Made by a program: the position numbers and the translations under genes. DNA of 64,000 bases from Cetorhinus maximus (lineage: Eukaryota), in contig NC_135883.1 in NCBI RefSeq assembly GCF_964194155.1, forward strand, positions 75,020,001 through 75,084,000. Reading direction: 5' to 3'. Below are positions 12,608 through 25,848 of this stretch, one piece after another. Below the pieces are notes generated by a model. The model ran no database searches. It saw only the letters and a list, made by a program, of their open reading frames with translations, and had not been told where the DNA came from. The number at the start of each line of letters is the position of its first letter. The first letter of the stretch is position 1.

Positions 12608-13557
12608 CTAAATAAAAGGTAAAAAATTAACTGTTACTACACCTTAATGCTGCAGAATTGCTTATGATGAAAGCCAATCAGCCAAACATCAGAACGGATC
12701 TCTGAGTTATATTCTCCAGTCTTGATTTGTAAAACTTTCCCATGGTTTGGATAAAAGTTTTTAGCTCGATCATTGGATGCATCACTATGTGCCAACGGTG
12801 CACGCCATCATGTTTTATTTGGGGCCCGGGGATGGTGGGGAAGTAGACAGAAACAGAAACCAGAAATTAGAAAGGTCAGGGGAGGGGAAAACCTGTTTGG
12901 GCAAGTTTTTTCTAGAGACAGATGGGCCAAGAGTTTCAAGGTCTTTTATTTTTTAAGTACATAACTTGGTAAATTCAAACCAATTGATCTATAGCTTTTA
13001 AATGTCAATATATTATTAACATGCAGACATAAATAGGAACTCTTAATAATATGTCATTTTCCATGAACCATAAAATTTCTTTCTGGATCTATAGCAACTT
13101 TCAGCCAGGAAATTCAGTGAAATTACAGTGAAGTGATTTCTTCCGGGGAGAGCGGGAATGAAAGATTCATATTGGAAGGATTCATATTGGACTGTTTTAA
13201 GTACAGGTTCTGACGAATGAATAATGAGGTGGCATTGATGGTAGCTAATCTACTATCTTAACTGGAGAGGGGGTCAAGAGGCAAGGTAGGTTTAAAATTA
13301 GAAGAAGCATCCTCAGCAAATAAATCAAAACCTCCTGCAGTAACTTGCTGCAATTCTGTTTGAATTTATCTCACCTCTCTCCCACTCTTGATCCTTCAAG
13401 ATTTCTCAATTTAAAAAAAGCATATATATAGGTTATTCATGGTGAACAAAAGCATTTATAAAATTTGAGTGCCTTTTTAGAATTCAAAAATTTTCAATTA
13501 CAATCTTTGGAAACAAAAATTCACTCATTAAGCTTTAAAAATCATAGACTAATTCAC

Positions 13558-13697
13558 CTTACAGCATCCTCCTCTTCCCTTTTTTGCCTTGCTAGTTGTT
13601 CAGTTTTTTTTCTTTCAATTGCTCGAATTTTATCATCCTTGATTCGATAGAGCTGCTCCAAGGCAAACTGCTGTTTGCTGTAGCTTTCTCGCAGTTC
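13558..13697 (-). CDS. ITSN2: ITSN2 exon (ELRESYSKQQFALEQLYRIKDDKIRAIERKKTEQLARQKREEEDAVR), 140 nt
   Basis: cag acceptor, gtgaat donor, phase 0 to 2. Confidence 0.93.
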
Positions 13698-14164
13698 CTG
13701 TTAGAATAGGCAGAGTATCGTAACTGCTGCTGGATATGCTTCCTTTAAGCTGCTACTATTAACATAAATTAGTCCTAAAAGTGCAAATGGCACATGCATC
13801 TTACAACAACCATTGAGATGGAAATGCTGAACGTGCAATGGCTATGACCCTGCACTCATTGCAACCACCGCTTGCTGTACACGGACTGAATATTAAATGT
13901 AATAAAATTCGAGGCATTGTAGCCATACACTCCTCAATTTACATTATCTGTACAAATGTAGTTACTGAGTTAATTGTTTAGGAAAGTGTATTATAGCATT
14001 AGCAAATTACACAATTTAATTGAACTGCACAGAAAATGATACAGATCTCCAGAGCATGAGGAGGAAGGAGAACTTTCAGATTTAGTATTTTCAGGTCAAT
14101 ATTTACTTCCACTTATATGGGAGTATGAGAGGTCTGGGAATGAGGATAAGAATAAGGATAAGCA

Positions 14165-14482
14165 GTTATGTTACTAGACGAGTAATGTAGAAGCTTGGAA
14201 CAATAATCCAACAGACATCAGTTCAAAATTAAATACATTTAGAGAAATTAAGTATGTTTAAAATTTGGAAATAGAAAGCTGGTATCAGTTAAAGTGACCA
14301 TGAAACTGTTGGGATTGTTATTAAAATTGAACAGGTTCATTAACCTGCTTTAGGAAAGCCTCCAGGTGACTTAAGTCCCATACTACTGTGGTTGATTTTT
14401 TAGTTGTCTTCTCAGGGCAGCCAGGGATGGGTAATAAATGCTGGCTTTTCCAGCAACATTCATATCTTTGGAATGAAAAAGA
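14165..14482 (+). mobile_element. Decayed tRNA-headed SINE with the family A tail
   Basis: gtgaccatgaaac body; gggatgggtaataaatgctgg tail. Confidence 0.65.
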
Positions 14483-17400
14483 AATGAGTTGAATATTCCT
14501 AAGGTAACTGTGTTACCTTAGTGCATGTGGATTCCAATGCCACACTCCCACTATGTAAAATCCATTCCAAATTACATTCACTTTGGTTAGTTTAAGTTTA
14601 ATTTTTTTAGATTCAGGACCTTAGAATAGTTTTTTTAAAAGCTGAAGACAAATTTTTACATGAACAAGTTGCAACAGTCTAAATAAGCCACATTATACTT
14701 TGTCATGAATTGACATTAACAGTTGATACATTATAGTAAATGGAGGCTGCACCTTATTTAGTTGTAGTACATTGTGAAAATTGGATCATCGTACTGAGAC
14801 AATGTGGCTCCAGGCTAAGTAGTTCAGTTACAGGCATAGATTACAACATAGCATACAAGTTCCAATTCTGAATGTTAGAAACTGTATAGTAAATCACCTT
14901 TCACCCACCCCAAAAAATAACCAATAGCTGGTTCCACCACACTAATTTTCAGATGCGTCGAAGGATATTGCTGCGTTCATAGTATGGTCTAAATACAAGC
15001 TGATCTGATATTTAGGATGCTTTTGAAGGCATTTAAAATATTAAAGTGCAACCGCAATGGAGCAAATTTTAAGTTGTTGTTTAATCCTTGCTTCAGTGTT
15101 ATTACTTTAATTTGGAAAGAAATGATCACCAACCTCTACTTAAAGTTGAACCATCAAAATAAAATCCAAGGATGGCTGTGTCAATAAACATGTCTCACTT
15201 GTACTGGCCACATAGAGTGCACCATCACATAAGATGGCTGACTGAAGTTCCAGAGAGGATGATTTGCTGATGACGAACACTGTTTATTGGAAATATTTAT
15301 TATTTACAGCCTTTATTTCTTTCCTTCCGAATGGTTTGTTCTATATTTTGAATTGTAATTTTCGGTCCAAAATACACCAAATGTTTACAATCAGAAGTCT
15401 CAGGACAGCCAAAGTTTTGTAGTTATTGGTTGTTTGAACTGAAAAATATCACTTACGTGCTCATGGATCTTCTCATGTCCTTTCTTTTTCTCAAATTCAT
15501 GAAAAAACAAAACCTCAAAATCACAAGGCCTATCAATAGTTTATCACACACTTCCTAATCCTGGCAAGTGACTGGTTAACTGTATATTAAAATTTCTTCA
15601 TGCAAAAGGACTGAATTCTAGGAAATTAGTTTAGGTTAAAAAATTCCAAGGTTATATAAATTTATTTCATTCTAGTTTAAACAGAAATTTGCCTTAGTTA
15701 AGTCCTGTACTAATGATAAAAGTCAATGCATATTTTGAAGGTTGCAGAGAACTGGTAGTGCTTGAAAAGATAATTCATATGTAAACCAATGCACCACATA
15801 CAACATTTGCATAAATGATGTGTTATCAGTTGCTATTTATGAGATGGATTACAGGTCTGTAAATGCATTATTGCTTTTAACTTTGAGATTTATTAATCCT
15901 CGGGCTCAGTAGATTTCTGTTCTGGTTCAAATTTTTCAAAGGTTAAAGTTCAGTTATTTTTTCTGGTGCAGTTTATCCAGCTTATTGTAAGAATATCTAA
16001 GACTGTGTGTCAACAGCAAGTGATGGGAGAATGTCCATTGACCATCTTCTAATGGATAAACACTTTATTCAGCATGAAACTACTCCATACTTCACATTGT
16101 CAAAGCAAACACTACAACGCAAGTCTCCATTAAAAAAACAATGGCCCCAATTTTCCCTTTGACATCTTGCTGGTACTAAGCCATTTTACAAACCATCAAA
16201 GATTTGCAGTGGCTACATTCAAAGATTCATTCACATTGTACAAGTGGCAAAACATTTGAGAGGTTCCAGGGTGGTTGACAACATAACAGGACCACAGTCT
16301 TTGTACATTTTTATTCAAAGTTTCCTTTTTCTTGTAAGAAATTAATACCACAGAAAGGAAGGATATTTAAAAATCAAAATTATTTTTTCTCATTAAGCAC
16401 TAAGTCCAGTAATAAAAACATTCTGAAAACAAAAGAAAACAATCTGAAGTATTGTCACTTATTTTACCAAGGAATTCTATGTCTAATTTCCCCTTCAAAT
16501 CAGCGACAGTATGTAATTAAGAACTCCTGTGTCAACATTCAGATACTCCTCTTCCCACCTCCTCAACCCACCCTAGAATTTTCAAACCCAGCCACTTAAT
16601 TAGAGCTAAATGGAAAGAAGGAATAGAGGAAAAAAAACTGTGGACAAATCACCTCAGCTGTTTTCACCTACGTCGTAGAAAACCTTTGCAATACTTTACG
16701 GGCAAGAAATTGGAAGCAACGCCTTTCCCCAACTCATCAGCCGAAGGATGGTTGGCTGGGATGGGAGAGATTAATAGGAAAAGACCCAGAGATCATTTCC
16801 AGAATTGGTTCAATAACAGAACAGGAAAAAAAATGGTCTTTACTTCATTATTTGCTAGCAGCTTTGTCATTTTGGATTGAACTGTACTTAACTAAATTTC
16901 ACTGTCACAGAAGGAAAAATTGAAGCCAATGTATAAATAATTCAATACAAGCAGAACAGCAGGAAGAAAACAAAATGAAAATCTGAGATTAATATGGTTG
17001 TTAAGTGGAAACACAAAGGTAGAAAGCATTAGTAAATCTGGTATTGAAAACAATGGCAGCCAGCAATGAAGTATGACTGAATAGAGCACATGGTATGCAA
17101 TAATGGACAACTGACGCCTATAGGAATTGGAAAGTATGGATTGTGCTTTACTGCTTACTGTCATTTTGTTAATATATCACAGGCACTGCAACTCCAGAGA
17201 GGAAAAAGTAAAATGAATCTCTCCCATATTCAAAAGATACTGACATTGTTCAACAGTACTTACGGTCTTCATCCTCAATTATAAGTAACTGATGTAGCAA
17301 CGTCACAATCAGGTGCAAAGAAATTTTGCAGGCCACTCTATCCATATTCTCATGACCTCACCATATAATTATAGTTATTTTTAAAAGCACAAAAGTAACA

Positions 17401-18123
17401 TTGCAGGCATTTATGATCCTTATTGGCATAAATACTTAGAATTCATAAACTGATCTGCTTGCATTAGCTTGTTCCTGACTATGATGTGCATTATTGGTTC
17501 ATTTGTCAGGACATAGTAGATTGCAACAGCATTTACTGATTTAGTGTTGGTTTTTGGGTAAATTTGCATTCATCTACACCCACTAGGAACTGATGTGAGA
17601 TGGCACCAAACTTGTTTTACATGGTACCCTTACAAAGAAGGCCATACTCCTGGGGCATATAGCTATGACTTCCTATATTTGAACATTAGGTGATTTGCCA
17701 ATGTGGCAAAATGCACATTGTGAAATGTTCTGTTTCTCAAGTGTCTAACAAATATTCTGATAGTAGCGTGCAATAAGCCAGCATGTGCCTAACTATGGTT
17801 GAGGTTCTTATTATCATATTTCCTAGAAACTAGGAAAACAAAACCAAGTCCCACTATTTTTAAGCGTATTCCTTACATGAAATTAGGAAACCTACCATGT
17901 GTTATTTGCATGGCTGCAATATTTTTACTGGTCAAGCTGGATGTCTAAACTGATCAATCCATTTATTAAATTAATAAGTCCCTGAAAGATTTCTGAAGGT
18001 TGCTTAAAATCATGGTCCTGTGCACTGAGGATATATCATCAATAAAGCACAAACGGGTAAATGACTACAGAAACAGTAATACATGAAAACAGGAAGAAGA
18101 TAAGACTTTTTCCAGCAAATAAC

Positions 18124-18204
18124 CTTCAATAAAAGGAACAAGCTGCTGAGACAGCCCAGCAGAGAGAGAAGGCACTCAAGTACAAAGTCGTCCAATTCCT
18201 CACA
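18124..18204 (-). CDS. ITSN2: ITSN2 cassette exon (CEELDDFVLECLLSLLGCLSSLFLLLK), 81 nt, probably alternatively spliced
   Basis: cag acceptor, weak gttatt donor, phase 0 to 0; matches the recalled human ITSN2 27-aa insert [27 protein letters not shown]. Confidence 0.88.
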
Positions 18205-19796
18205 CTGTAAGATAACAAAGTAGGGAAATAAATAAACAAAAGGTAAGTTGTTTACTGAATGTACAGCAACTATGCTGTGGCCAACAACAAAATATGCTTA
18301 AGGAATGCATTGTAAAAGGAAAGAAAGGAAGCATGTAAAATAAATTCAAACCTCTCTCAACTGGCCCTTAAATCCAACACTGGATTTCCAACAGGACTTT
18401 GCCCCTTCAAATGTCACCAAAACAAGAGGCAGTACAGTACATTAAATTGGAAAGCTTGTTATATTAATGTATTATCTATCAGCAAATGGGTTAATGATTT
18501 CACAAGTGTCTTAATTTACACTGTATTCGGCATAACCTTCAATTCTGCCAAGAAAACAAATAAGCAGGACTTTTAAGGTCAGGACATACATTGGTTTAAA
18601 GCTTTTAAAAAAAAAGTCATATGAAATTCAGAGTGAGTTGAGTGAATTCTGTAAAATTTGAATGATCAGTAGAGAAAATTGATAGCTTCTACCCAATGTA
18701 TAAATGAACATACCGATAGCTATATTAACATATTTGTTACAGTGGCAAATGAAAAGTACATTGCAGATTGTGGAAGCCGCTCCAAGTCAAACTAGAAAGT
18801 TCATAAGAACTTGACTAATACTTCAAGGTACAGGCAACTCAAACACACACCTAAATATAAGTCAATAGAATGTTAAAACAAATTAGAAGAAACAATTTTT
18901 GTATCAAATATAAGGCAATGCATAGTAAACATAACACCAAATATCCACATGTAAGCAAACATAATATAAATAATGAGATGTCATCCAACTAATTGAAATA
19001 GATATATTATCGCAATATTAAATTCACTAGTTTACTGTTGAAAGAAACTTAACAAGTAGCTGAATTATAAGGCAGAACCAAGTTGACGTTAAAAATTTTT
19101 AAATGGTCAATTCACACTTTATAGAAGAACAGAAGTTTGAAGAAATATCTATACATTATTGATGCTACATTCCTCCAGCTGATATATTTAATCTTTGCAC
19201 AATTTCTAATAAACATTTTTCCAAAAAAGATGTCAAAAATAAAATAAAACAGAAATGCCATTTAGAATGTTGCTATTCTCCCACTCTTTTGGAATTCCAG
19301 TGCTCCAGTCGACACTGATGAGTCGTTCTGCAATAGCCCCTGATTTAGCAGTCATATTAGTTCTCTCTCCCCAGCTTGGATTCACCATCCTAAGCAGTAC
19401 AGTCAAATACATGGATCCCTTCCCAGTATGTTTAATGGCCTAACCAAAGCCAAGTTTATCCCTATGCTTGCGGGTGTTTCTTTACATTATTCTGTAATTC
19501 TCTATCCACTTCACTCAGTTTCCTGTATCCTTTCCCTTTATCTATGTGATTCAGTGTTAAGTCTACTTCATCGTTTTCATTTTTAGTTTGGTCTCTGTAT
19601 TTCATTGCTTTCTCTATTTCTCTTTGCTGCCCACATCACTTTATTCTCATTTCCTTTCTCCCATTATTCTCTCTCTTCTTTTCTGTTTGAATTTTGCTGT
19701 TTCACTTCTGTTTTTGTATTGGCTACAAGAATGAATTAAGTAGCTGACTATGAGAGACTAGAATTCATGACTACAATAACCAGCCCTTCTAATTAT

Positions 19797-20128
19797 TTTT
19801 TTATTAGTCGCCCATGGGATGTGGGCATTGCTGGCTAGGCCAGCATTTATTACCCTGAACCTTTGTTCAGAGGGCATTTTAAGAGTCAACCACATGGCTG
19901 CGGGTCTGGATCCAGACTAGGTAAGGAGATTTTCTTCCTAAAGGGCATTAGTGAACCAAAAGTTTTTTTTTATATGACAATCAGAAATGATTTCATGGTC
20001 ATCATTAGACTTTTTTAATTGAATTCAAATTCCATCTGCTATGGTGGGATTCAAACCCAGGTTCCCAGAGCATTACTCTGGGTCTCTGGATTTCCAGTCT
20101 AGTGACAATACCACTACACCATTGCCTC
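19797..20128 (-). mobile_element. tRNA-derived SINE (SacSINE1/DeuSINE-like) with the family A LINE tail
   Basis: A box TGGTGTAGTGG (20111-20121), B box GGTTTGAATCC (20047-20057), tail aataaatgctggcctagccagcaatgcccacatccc. Confidence 0.8.
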
Positions 20129-21168
20129 ACCTTGAATTCTGGAAACGATTAAACACCATACCTCGTTGCACGTGTGGAAAGCTTCCTAAGAGAAACTTCC
20201 CCATCTAGAGAAACCCTGCTCCAATAGTAGAATGGGCACATCATACACTTACAACCTATTCATCTGATGAGAGTTGCCCACGAATGTTCATTCAGCTGCT
20301 CAATCTGCATTACAAGGAGCTTATTCCTATGAAAGCAGAATTGTCGATATAACTGCCACATTTCATTTCATTTTTAACCTCCGAGCAGTTATTTAGAGGC
20401 TGCAAGGTTTTGACTCCTTCAAAACAATTCAAGGAGTGGAAGGATCTAGCATGAGATGGTTTTAAAATGGATCAATCAAGAGTGAACCCTTTACTAGTGT
20501 ACAGGTAGCAAAGGTTTTTTTGGGAAGGAATCTTTTTGCTCCAGCCTAGTATTCCGTGTTTCTCTGTCTCCATGCTTATCCTAACCACATTCCTGTTCTG
20601 CCGAGGTCAGGAGCTGTGTGATGCAGCAGAATACATGCATTAAAAAGTGGGAGTGGTGGGACAAGCCATAAAAATGGTCAAATGTGGACAAAGGGGACAT
20701 GAGGTTTCAAATGCTGAATGTAATGATCTAAAATATCAATGGATAACAAAGAAAAAGTCAATATAGCAAAAGTGTCCAGAGTCTCATCTCAAAGATAAGC
20801 TATTCTTCAGAATTTTAGCAATCATCATTTCTGCTTGAACAATTTTAAAAAAAGGAATGGTGGATATATGCATTATGGAGCGCCATCTTGTGGACAGTTC
20901 AGCTGTAAATTGATCTTTTAAAGGTACAACAAAAGTAAATTTACCAATGGCAGCATTGTCATTTGGAACAGTGGGGGCAAGGTATTTTGTCAATGCTTTG
21001 CCCCCGATGGCATTTCCCCAACAAGTCGAGTGATCAGGAAAGATACCAAGCAGGGACCACATGCCTGTGGGATAGGTGAGGAACAAAGTGGGTAATCCAC
21101 TTACATTAGAAATTTAGGTGAAAGGGCAAGGCCCACAGTGCAGGTTTGCTGGTTGGAACAAAAACCAA

Positions 21169-21827
21169 GGGCAGAATTTTGCCCTTGATGGGTGGGCGGT
21201 GGGCGGGCAGCTGATCGCCACCGCCAAAACGGGCCCTGCCGCCATTTTAAGTGGGCGGGCCAATTAAGGCCCACCCAACGGGCCACGCGACGGGAAGCAC
21301 TATGCGCTTCCTGTGCGGGGGGGTCCCCAAATGTCAGAGTGCGCTCTTTCGCACATGCATGCAGAAGAGTGCACATCTCCCTGAGGCAAAGTGCTGCCTC
21401 AGGGAGATCGCTGAAATATAAACAATAGAACAATAAAAAAATTCATTAACATGTGCCCCTCATGTGAAAATGTCACACGAGATGGGACATGTTAATGAAA
21501 TAAACAAAAACTTTATTAAACGTTTTTAAAACCACTATCAAACCTCATCCCGCCACTGGATGAGGTTTGTAAAAAAATCACCTACCCGCCTGCCTGTTGG
21601 GCCTGTGCGCCGAGCTGAAGTTTGCACAGGTCCCTCAAAATCGTTGACGATTGGCAAGTTAAGGGCCTTAACGAGGCCTTTAATTAATGGCGGGCGCGCA
21701 TCCCGCTGCATAGTGCGCCAGCCGACCGAAATATCATGATGCCGCGTGTTGACATCGGGACGCTCGCGCAACATTTTAAGCGCTGGCGTGCGGACTCCGC
21801 CACCTGCACGCCAGCCAGAAGATTCCT
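21169..21827. mobile_element. Harbinger-like MITE (right end degraded)
   Basis: Starts gggcagaatttt; shares the internal aaacctcatcc..ggatgaggttt and ccctgaggca..tgcctcaggg palindromes with other copies. Confidence 0.75.
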
Positions 21828-22144
21828 TGAGGCATTCTTAAATATCTCCCCAAAAGTCAACTCAAAACTGGACTTGGCAGAATAAGTAGACTCAGATCTG
21901 AGAACGCGATGGGGGAAAAACACATTTTATGAGGGAACAGACCAAGGAGAAGAATGCAAAACCAGCAACAAAGTAAAAGCCCAACATAAAAATATATATC
22001 CCATTTCAAACGTAATAGAAGCATTTGTTCAGTTGGCTCAGTGAATAACTGATTTAGTATAACTGAGACTGATACTGGATCATACAGATCAGGAAATTCC
22101 CAGCTTCAGTACCATCTTTGACTAATCAGCTGATCTCAGTTCAG

Positions 22145-22312
22145 ACTTTTTTTAAATCATTCATGGGATTATGGACATTACTGGCTAGGGCAGCATTTAT
22201 CACTTATCCCTAATTGTGCTTGAGAATGTGGTGGTGAGCTGCCTTCTCGAACTGCTGCAGTCCCTGTGGTGTAGGTACACCCATAGTGCTGTTAGGAAGG
22301 AAATTCCAGAAT
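22145..22312 (-). mobile_element. LINE family A 3' tail
   Basis: cattcatgggat..ctggctagggcagcatttat..ccctaattg. Confidence 0.75.
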
Positions 22313-22557
22313 ACTAAAGTTGGTCTCAGTATCCCTAGCCTAGGGAGATAAAAATAAAATCAAGCAAGATTCCAAGTTCTGATTACAATTCAATGATCCT
22401 GTTAGAAAACACACTTATTAGGAGAGAAGGGAGAATATTTGTTCAAAATGATTATTCAGTTTAAAGGTCCAGAAATGGAATTAAAATTTAGAAAGATCAC
22501 AACTTTTTTCCAAAGTATGTGCAGGGCTCCTTGTTAATGACGCTGTTTGGATATTAC

Positions 22558-22697
22558 CTGTAGTTGGGTGTTAAAAACATCCATTTCAGAAAGTTTGTCA
22601 GCTGTCTCTTTCTCCAGGTCATTCAGCTGTTGCCAAAGTCGTTCACAAGATTCTTTCCTTTCTGCATGATTCCGATTCAACAGTATGAGACTTGTAG
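22558..22697 (-). CDS. ITSN2: ITSN2 exon ([47 protein letters not shown]), 140 nt
   Basis: cag acceptor, gtaata donor, phase 1 to 0. Confidence 0.93.
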
Positions 22698-23654
22698 CTG
22701 AAGAACACAAATTTTATTAAATCCAGACAGCTCAGAAGAAAGTAAATCAGTTTTGCTTTAGACATAAGAGTGCAACGCGTAGCCACTGTTGAGCTTAAGG
22801 AAGGGGATGGTGGCATTGAAGCAGTAGTAGTCCAGAGGCCCAGGTTAATGCTCTGCGGGCACAGTTCAAATCCCACCATGGCAGCTGATGGAATTTAAAT
22901 TCAATTAATAAATCTGGAATTAAAAGCTAGTCTCAGTAATGGGTGCCATGAAAACCCACCTGGTTCACTAATACCCTTTAGCGATGGAAATCTGTCTTCC
23001 TTACATGGACGGGACTACATGTGACACTAGACCCACACAATGTGTCTGACTCCTAAATGTCCACTGAAAAGGCATAGCAAGCTACTCATATGTACCAAAC
23101 CACTGCGGAAACCTCAGAAAATAATAAAACTGGACAGACCACTCAGGACAATGGCACATTGTGCCCAGTCAACCCTGCAAAGCCCTCCTCAGTAACATCT
23201 GGGGGCATGTGCCAAAATTGGGAGAACTGCCAACAGACTACTCAAGCAACAGCGTTATATACTAATACTTACTGAATCATACATTACAGACAATGTTCCA
23301 GACACCACCATCACCAACCCTGGGTATATCCCGTCCCACCAGCAGGACAGTGATATACACTCAGGAAGGAGACATCTCAACATTGACTCCGGACCCCATG
23401 AAGTCCTATTGCATCAGGCCAAACATAGGCAAGGAAACCTCCTGCTGATTAGCATTTACCACCCTCCCTCAGCTGGTGCACTCCTCCATGTTGAACACCA
23501 CTTGGAAGAAGCACTGAAGGTAGCAAGGCCATAGAATGTAATCTGGTTAGGGGACTTCAATGCTTATCACCAAGAGTGGCTCAGGAGCACCACAACTGAC
23601 TGAGCTGGCCAAGTCTGGAATAATGTAATTGGCCAGACTGGGCCTGTGACAGGT

Positions 23655-24810
23655 TTTTTTCTTATTTGTTCACGGGGTGTGGGTATCGCTGGCTAGGCCA
23701 GCATTGATTGCCCATCCCTAATTGCCCTTGAGGTGGTGGTGATCAGCTGTCTTCTTGAATCGCTGCAGGCCATGTGGTGCAGGTACACCCACAGTACTGT
23801 TAAAGAGGATGTACCAGGATTTTGACCCAGTGACAGTGAAGGAACGGCGATATCTTTCCAAGTCAGGATAGTGTGTAGCTTGGAGGGGAACTTCCAGGTG
23901 GTGGTATTCCCATGTACCTGCTGCCCTTGGCCTTCTAGGTGGTAGCAGCCGTGCTTTTGGGAGCTGCTGTCTAAGGAGCCTTGGTGGGTTGTTGCAGTGC
24001 ATCGTAGATGGTACTGTTGGTGGTGGAGGGAATGAATGTTTGTGGTTGGGGAATTAATCAAACAGGCTGCTTTGTCCTGGATGGAGTTAGCTTCTTGAGT
24101 GTTGTTAGAGCTGCACTCATCCAGGTAAGTGGACAGTATTCCCTCACACTCCTGTCCTGTGCATTGTAAATGGTGGACAGGCTTTGGGAAGTCAGGAGGC
24201 GAGTTACTCGCCACAGGATTCTCAGCCTCTGACCTGCTTTGTAGCCACAGCATTTATATGGCAAGTCCAGTTCAGCTTCTGGTCAATGATAACCCCCAGG
24301 ATGTTGATCGTGAGGGGTTCAGCGATGGTAATGCCTTTGAATGTCCTGGGGCGATGGTTAGATTGTCTCTTGTTGGAGATGGTCGTTGTCTGGTACTTGT
24401 GTGGCATGAATATTACTTGCAACATGTGAGCCCAAGCCTGGGTATTATCCAGATCTTGCTGCATTTAGACATAGACAGCTTCAGTATATGAGGAGTCATG
24501 AATGCCGAACATTGTGCAATCATCAGCAAACACCCCCAATTCTGACCTTAGGATGGCTGGAAGGTCATTGGTGAAGCAGCTGAAGATGGTTGGGCCTAGG
24601 ACACTACCCGGAGGAGCTTCTGCAGTGATGTCCTAGAACTGAGATGATTGACCTCCAACAACCACGGCCATCTTCCTTTGTGCTAGGCATGATTCCAACC
24701 AGTAGAGAGTTTTACCCTGATTTCCATTGACTCCAGTTTTGCTACAGCTGCTTGATGCCACACACGGTCAAATGCTGCCTTGATGACAAAGGCAGTCACT
24801 CTCACCTCAT
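23655..24810 (-). mobile_element. Family A 3' fragment nested in reverse inside the 22800-27500 copy
   Basis: Tail at ~23655-23720; host resumes at gagggaatcaacaagagggg. Confidence 0.85.
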
Positions 24811-25572
24811 TGGAGGGAGGGAATCAACAAGAGGGGAAAATCTATTTGACCTTGTTCTCACCCATCTACCTGTTGTAGAAGCATCTGTCCTTGACATTAT
24901 TGGGAGGAGTGACCACCGCAAATTCTTTGTGCTGACAAAGTTCTGTCTTCACAGAGGATACTTTGCATCACGTTGTGTGGCACTACCACTCTGCTAAATG
25001 GAACAGATTCAGAACAGATCTAGCAGCTCAAAACTGGGCATCCATGGGGTACTCTGGGCCATCAACTGCAGCAGAATTGTATTCAACTACAATCTATAAT
25101 CTCATGCCCTGGCATGTCCCTCCCTCTACCATTACCATTCAGCCAAGGGATCGATCCTGGTTCAATGAAGAGTGCAGGGCAGCATGCCAGGAGTAGCAGC
25201 AGCATACCTAAAAATGAGATACCAACCTGGTGAAGCATGAAGCTACAACACAGGGCTACATGTGCCAAATAGTGAAAGCAGCATGTGATAGACAGACCCA
25301 AACGATCCTACCACCAACAGATCAGATAAAAGCTCTGCAGTCCTGCTTTACTGGGTCATGAATGGTGATGCACAATTAAACAATTAACTGGAATATTCCC
25401 ATCCTCAATGATAGGGGAGCCCAGCACATGAATACAAAAGACAAGACTGAAGCATTGGCAACCAACTTCAGTCAGAAGGGCTGTGTGGATGATCCTTCTC
25501 AGTCTCGTTTTGAGGTCCCCAGCGTCATTGATGGCTGTCTTCAGCCAATTCGATTCATTCCACATGATATCA

Positions 25573-25848
25573 AGGACAAAGGCAGCAGGCACATGGGAAC
25601 ACCACTACCTGGAAGCTCCCCTCCAAGCCACTCACCATCCTGAATTGGAAATGTATCGCTGTTCCTTCACTGTGGCTGGGTCAAAATCCTGGAACTCCCT
25701 CCTTAATAGCACTGTGAGTACACCTACACCACAGGGACTGCAGTAGTTCAAGAAGGCAGCTCGCCGCCACTTCTCAAGGGAAATTAGGGATAGGCAATAA
25801 ACACTGGCCTAGCCAGCGTTGCCCACATCCCGTAAATGAATAAAGAAA
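25573..25848 (+). mobile_element. Family A 3' fragment nested in the same orientation
   Basis: Splits the host sequence gatatcaag/aaatggctgaagg; has its own tail ending aaatgaataaag. Confidence 0.8.
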
